Positions 59,428 through 64,000 of a stretch of 64,000 nt of DNA are shown here, piece after piece. Every line of letters begins with the position of its first letter. Position 1 is the first letter of the stretch. The stretch is taken from positions 107,756,001 through 107,820,000 of the forward strand of contig OX597823.1 of assembly GCA_951406725.2 (NCBI GenBank). The letters are read 5' to 3'. Origin of the DNA: Octopus vulgaris (Eukaryota). Below the pieces are notes generated by a model. That model had not been told where the DNA came from. It did not search any database and worked only from the letters and a program-made list of their open reading frames with translations. Made by a program: the position numbers and the translations under genes.

Positions 59428-59975
59428 CACAAAACACACAAAAGAAGGAAAAATATGCGATGAGTTGGTGAATAAAAATCCGAAATTCTTGTGGTAACAA
59501 TGATTGACAATGTGTACATACATACACACACACACATCAATATACATACATACGCATACATGCATACATACATATGTACATACACACACATACATATATA
59601 CATATATGTATATATATATATGTGTGTGTGTCTGTGTGTGTGTGTTTTTATGTATATGTCATAATACGCACGCATACATACGATCTGGAGTTGCGGAATA
59701 CAGTTGTATTCCATGTTTGAAAATTGATTTTTAGGTGGATTTGATACCTACGTAGATATGTACATAAATGTACACACACACACACACACACACGCACACA
59801 CACACACATACACACACCCACACCACACACACGCACACGCATATATATCTGTGTATGTGCGCTTCTGAGTATACCTAAAAAAATGCTATACACATTTTTC
59901 GCATGTGATTGTACATAAATATAAGCACATACAACAGAAACCTATAAATATTCATATACACATACATCCACTACA

Positions 59976-60025
<50 letters not shown>

Positions 60026-61770
60026 ACGCACGCACACATTCAGTGTTGAATTGCCAAAATTGTAAGAACCGGTTCGCTGATGCATCCCTACCACATATTT
60101 TAAGCATGCTTTCTGCATAAATAATTCTTATTCGGTTCTAATGCATCACTTGATTAATATAGTATTAAAACCGGAGAAAACAAGAGTCGATAATTGTCTG
60201 TGCCGGCAAAATTTAACCCAATAGAAGAATGCTAGAAGAATGGTAAATTTTACTTAGCGTAATAACTGTAAACTAACGTTTCGTGGATCTGATCTTCATC
60301 AATATGTGAGATAGAAGTAAAACGGAAGTTGAAGGAGCAATTTCTTTAGCGAGGTGGTAATCGCCTAACAAGAAAGTTGACATAAATGGGTGAAAAAGGA
60401 GGTGAGTTGATCCAGGAGCGAGGTAAACAATTTGTACAAGAAATTAGATATATACCTGATACAGGTAAAAAAACAAACAAACAAACTATACACTCGGCAT
60501 ATTTAAGTATCGCTAAGAAGAAGGAAATCGGACGGCAGAGATAAACAATACAGGACTACAGTTACGATGAAAGGTTGTAATATCGAAGATAAAGCAAAGG
60601 GGACCGGCTTTGCAGGAAGAGTAAAGCGGTTGAAGGTGGTAGTGGGAACATAAAATACAAACATACAATTACGCAATACAGTCTTACATATGCACATTTA
60701 TTCATATGCACACACAAACATACAACTCTTATATCAGTTCTTTAACTCATCGCAGCTAAAGGAAAAAAAGAATTCTAACCTTGAGAACTTGATATAAAAG
60801 AAAGGAAATTATGTGAAGCAAACCAATAAAAATTTGTTTCAAAATATTAAATTAGCAAGAATATTTCTACGATGCACATGAGTAAGTATAAGGACATTTT
60901 CTGTTAGGCTGCAGCTGTGGAAATTTCAAAGTTTATTGAAAATTTAAAAATTTGGTGTATTAATGTAGCTTTTCAAGGTGAATCTCAGGAGATATTTAGC
61001 TTATTTCAGAATTAAAAAAGAAAGGAAAATCAAGATATAGAAGTTTAAAGTTTGCTCATGATTACGCTCGGATTACACAGTCAAAAAGCAGGATTTGGAA
61101 GCTGCCATTTTGTGTGTGACGTGTATTAATATGAAACTGTAAATAAATCAACTTCTGCCTTACGTACGACATATAATCCCTCATAACTTTTTTTATCCTT
61201 TGGAATTTTCAGAAAATTTTTGCGAATTCGTATTCTAAACTTGGGAATTCATACTATTACACAGAAACTCCAAATAATAAATTTGGGGGTACGTGATTTA
61301 AGGCCTATTTGGTTGTTATTTTTAGCTCATCTCTTGACCAGGGTTCAAGCAGCAGATGAGTACAAGCAACAGAACACAGCGTTGATGCACATGCTTTCGC
61401 GTAGAATACATTTGTCAACACGTGCTATTTCGCAAACTAAAGAGTTTTCGTGTTTGGTTTGTTACTATACATACAGGCATGAATATATGTCCGTGACTTA
61501 CGATTGGCTGAAATTACCCAAAGTTTGCAAGCTTTTAAAGCTAATAACTCTTTATTCATTGATTTATGTCGAAAATGAATTTCATGGCATTGATTAGCAT
61601 ATGAAACTATATCATTACACTGAATATGAAATCAATTCGAACAGAAACTGAAGAGATTGAATATTGGTCGTCAAACAGAAAAGATCCGAGTGTAATCATA
61701 TGACACTGCGACAGGATAAATAATTTTTCCCCAAAAATTCTTCTACTGCGTCCAGCATAAAGGTAACAGA

Positions 61771-62154
61771 CAGAGACGTAGCCGGGTTCTAAAGTTAAGA
61801 GGAGCGGAAAAGGCACCGGGACACATAACGGAAAAGGCACCGGGACACATAACGGAAAAGGCACCGGGACACATACCAAAGCATTTTAAAGTCATTTCTC
61901 TTATATTACGCGAAATGTTTCATTGGTTTCAATATATGTAATTCTATTCTACATTCATTAATTTCATGTTTCAGCAATAGTATCATTGAAACTCCACGGG
62001 ATCGTCCAGTGTCGAAAGATTATGTGGTCAGGGTTTGTTTTGATTATTTGGAGGTCAACAACCACTGACACATCACAGGCGATTGAGCAGACAATTGAAA
62101 AACACCGGAGGTTGGTCAGCTAAAAGTAAGGACTCTAGAAAGTTCTTCCAAGGC
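61771..62154. mobile_element. Second, right-truncated copy of the hAT MITE family
   Basis: Starts CAGAGACGTAGC (TIR-like) and is colinear with 16891-17283 (TACGCGAAAT, TCATTAATTTCATGTTTCAGCAA, GGGATCGTC, GATTGAGCAGA, AGAAAGTTCTTCCA). Confidence 0.8.
61805..61875. repeat. 24-bp minisatellite, three copies (CGGAAAAGGCACCGGGACACATAA)
   Basis: Three exact tandem units, the last one base short, inside the MITE. Confidence 0.95.
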
Positions 62155-62159
62155 CAAGC

Positions 62160-62783
62160 GATCTTCAGAATGTGAAATATTCCCTTTTGCAGATCTTCAA
62201 GCCAGACTCAATGAAGTGTGGATCCATGACACTTACACACGTGCCACGGCTCCAAATACCATCACAGAGGCAAGATTCTTAGTTTCAAACACAGTGGGTA
62301 CGTCAGAAGTATTGATATGCAATCGCACGAGAATTTCTGCGATTTACCTCAGCGTCCACAAGGAACTTCTTCTCGTCCATAACACGAGAGTTTTTTCTGC
62401 ACCTTGATGTTTGATGAATGACAGAAGCGTCGGCCTTGACTGTTAGGAGATGACGGCGTCCTCGAACATAACTAGTCATGCCAAGGTTCCTGGTTACATC
62501 TCTGGATACCGTGGAAAGGGACACATTGCGTTTCATTGCAAGAGTTGTCATGGATGTGGATTGGTTGGCTTCAATCGAACGTTTGAGGCCAGCGAGAAAC
62601 TTTGGATTCCACTTGGAATCACTTCGAGTCTTGTGTTCTTTTCTATCAATCTTTTCTTGTGTAAATTGTTTATACACAAGACAAACTGTTGCTTTTTGGA
62701 AGTTTCGTGTACTTAGCAACTTTATTGGCAGTGTGCCCGGCGCGCGCCATAACCACAATGGCGGAACGATTCTGCTGTTCCAT
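62160..62783 (-). pseudogene. Decayed Tc1/mariner transposase, maT/DD37D-like
   Basis: ATG at 62783 gives MEQQNRSAIVVMARAGHTANKVAKYTKLPK; after a frameshift RKEHKTRSDS..KFLAGLKRSIEANQSTSMTTLAMKRNVSLSTVSR..LGMTSYVR (HTH), DEKKFLVDAEVNRRNSR (first catalytic D), VPTVFETKNLASVMVFGAVA and MDPHFIESGLKI..EY. The C-terminal part is missing. Confidence 0.85.
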
Positions 62784-62904
62784 GACTTTCTATAGCCGAA
62801 TCAGTTCGCTATTTGCCTGAAAATAAAGAGGAAGATTAGATTTTCAAGCAAGCAAGGTTTTGTCAAAAAAACGAAATGTTAAACCCATTGAGTCAACTGC
62901 TTAA

Positions 62905-62927
62905 AATTGGTCTCAATTTATCTGCAA

Positions 62928-62932
<5 letters not shown>
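62905..62932 (-). repeat. Probable 5' TIR of the maT element
   Basis: Minus strand CAGTCTTGCAGATAAATTGAGACC about 150 bp upstream of the transposase ATG, where unique sequence ends. The partner TIR is absent. Confidence 0.5.
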
Positions 62933-62991
<59 letters not shown>

Positions 62992-63002
62992 GTGTGTATT
63001 GT

Positions 63003-63323
63003 TTTTATCTTTTTTATCGTTTTACTTGTTTCAGTCATTTGACTGCGGCCATGCTGCAGCACCGCTTTTAGTCGAACAAATCGACCCCAGGACTTATTCT
63101 TTGCAAGCCTAGTACTTAATCTATCGGTCTCTTTTGCAGAATCGCTAAGTTACAGGGACGTAAACACACCAGCATCGGTTGTCAAGCGATGGTGGGGGAA
63201 CAAACACAGACACACAAATACTCCCACTGCGTGGCACCTTGGGCAAGTGTCTTCTACTATAACCTCGAGCTGACTAGAGCCTTGTGAGTGGATTTGGTAG
63301 ATGGAAACTGAAAGAAGCCTGTC

Positions 63324-63410
<87 letters not shown>

Positions 63411-63673
63411 TGTGTATGTGTGTGTGTGTGTGTGTCTGTGTCTGTGTGTGTCTGTGTCTGTGTGTCTTTGTCTGTGTTTGTTCACCCACCATCGCTTGAC
63501 AACCGATACTGATGTGTTTACGTTTACGTTACCTAGCGTTTCGGCAAAAGTGACCGATAGAATAAGTACTAGGCTTACAAAGAATAAGTCCTGGGGTCAA
63601 TTTGTTCGACTAAAGGTTGTGCTTCAGCATGGCTGCAGTCAAAATGACTGAAACACATAAAAGAATATATATG

Positions 63674-63728
<55 letters not shown>

Positions 63729-63876
63729 GATGGGCTTCTTTCAGTTTCCGTCTACCAAACCCACTCACAATGCTTTGGTAGTAGAAGACACTTGCCCATG
63801 ATACCACGCAGTGGGACTGAACCCAATACCATGTGGTTGGGAAGCAAGCTTCTTACCACACAGCCACGCTTGCGCC
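63003..63876. mobile_element. Nested family B SINEs: a minus copy (63003-63218 plus 63722-63876) interrupted by a plus copy (63222-63665)
   Basis: The 3' and 5' halves of the minus copy flank a 5'-truncated opposite-orientation copy inserted in its internal microsatellite. Confidence 0.9.
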
Positions 63877-64000
63877 TATGTTTACAAAATTCTTCTATGT
63901 AAATGTGTGATAAGAGTTATTCACGCTAACAACCCAAGTTAATAAAACAGTGTTTTAAGCAATCTATATTTATGTCAAACGACTCTGTTCGAGTAAGCAC

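Noticed and set aside
60040-61770. AT-rich unique region resembling DNA-transposon interior
   Set aside because: No TIR pair, TSD or protein motif could be identified by eye.
61805-61875. CRISPR-like 24-bp direct repeats
   Set aside because: No spacers, no cas genes and a eukaryotic context; it is a minisatellite.

Overview
Eukaryotic, AT-rich, microsatellite-saturated non-coding DNA. The SINE families present point to an octopus (coleoid cephalopod) genome; this is inferred from recognised repeats, not from a search. Nearly all ORFs in the six-frame track are translations of (TA)n, (CA)n, (TATG)n, (GATA)n and triplet repeats. Supported features: many tRNA-derived SINEs of at least four types, a decayed RTE-clade LINE (about 48.7-50.3 kb, minus strand), a decayed maT/DD37D Tc1/mariner transposase with one TIR (62.2-62.9 kb, minus), a hAT-type MITE with a perfect 8-bp TSD (16891-17430) plus a truncated second copy, a Penelope-type fragment with a degenerate minimal hammerhead motif, and several inverted repeats. 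The window probably lies in long introns at the 3' end of an unidentified minus-strand gene. The best evidence is a 144-bp GC-rich exon at 21110-21253 that splices in frame to a terminal exon at 6058, ending ...RPSKCSGC*. Several other acceptor-led islands could encode alternative C-terminal tails, some of them membrane-targeting; this is a speculative hypothesis. No complete gene, rRNA, true tRNA or CRISPR array is supported.
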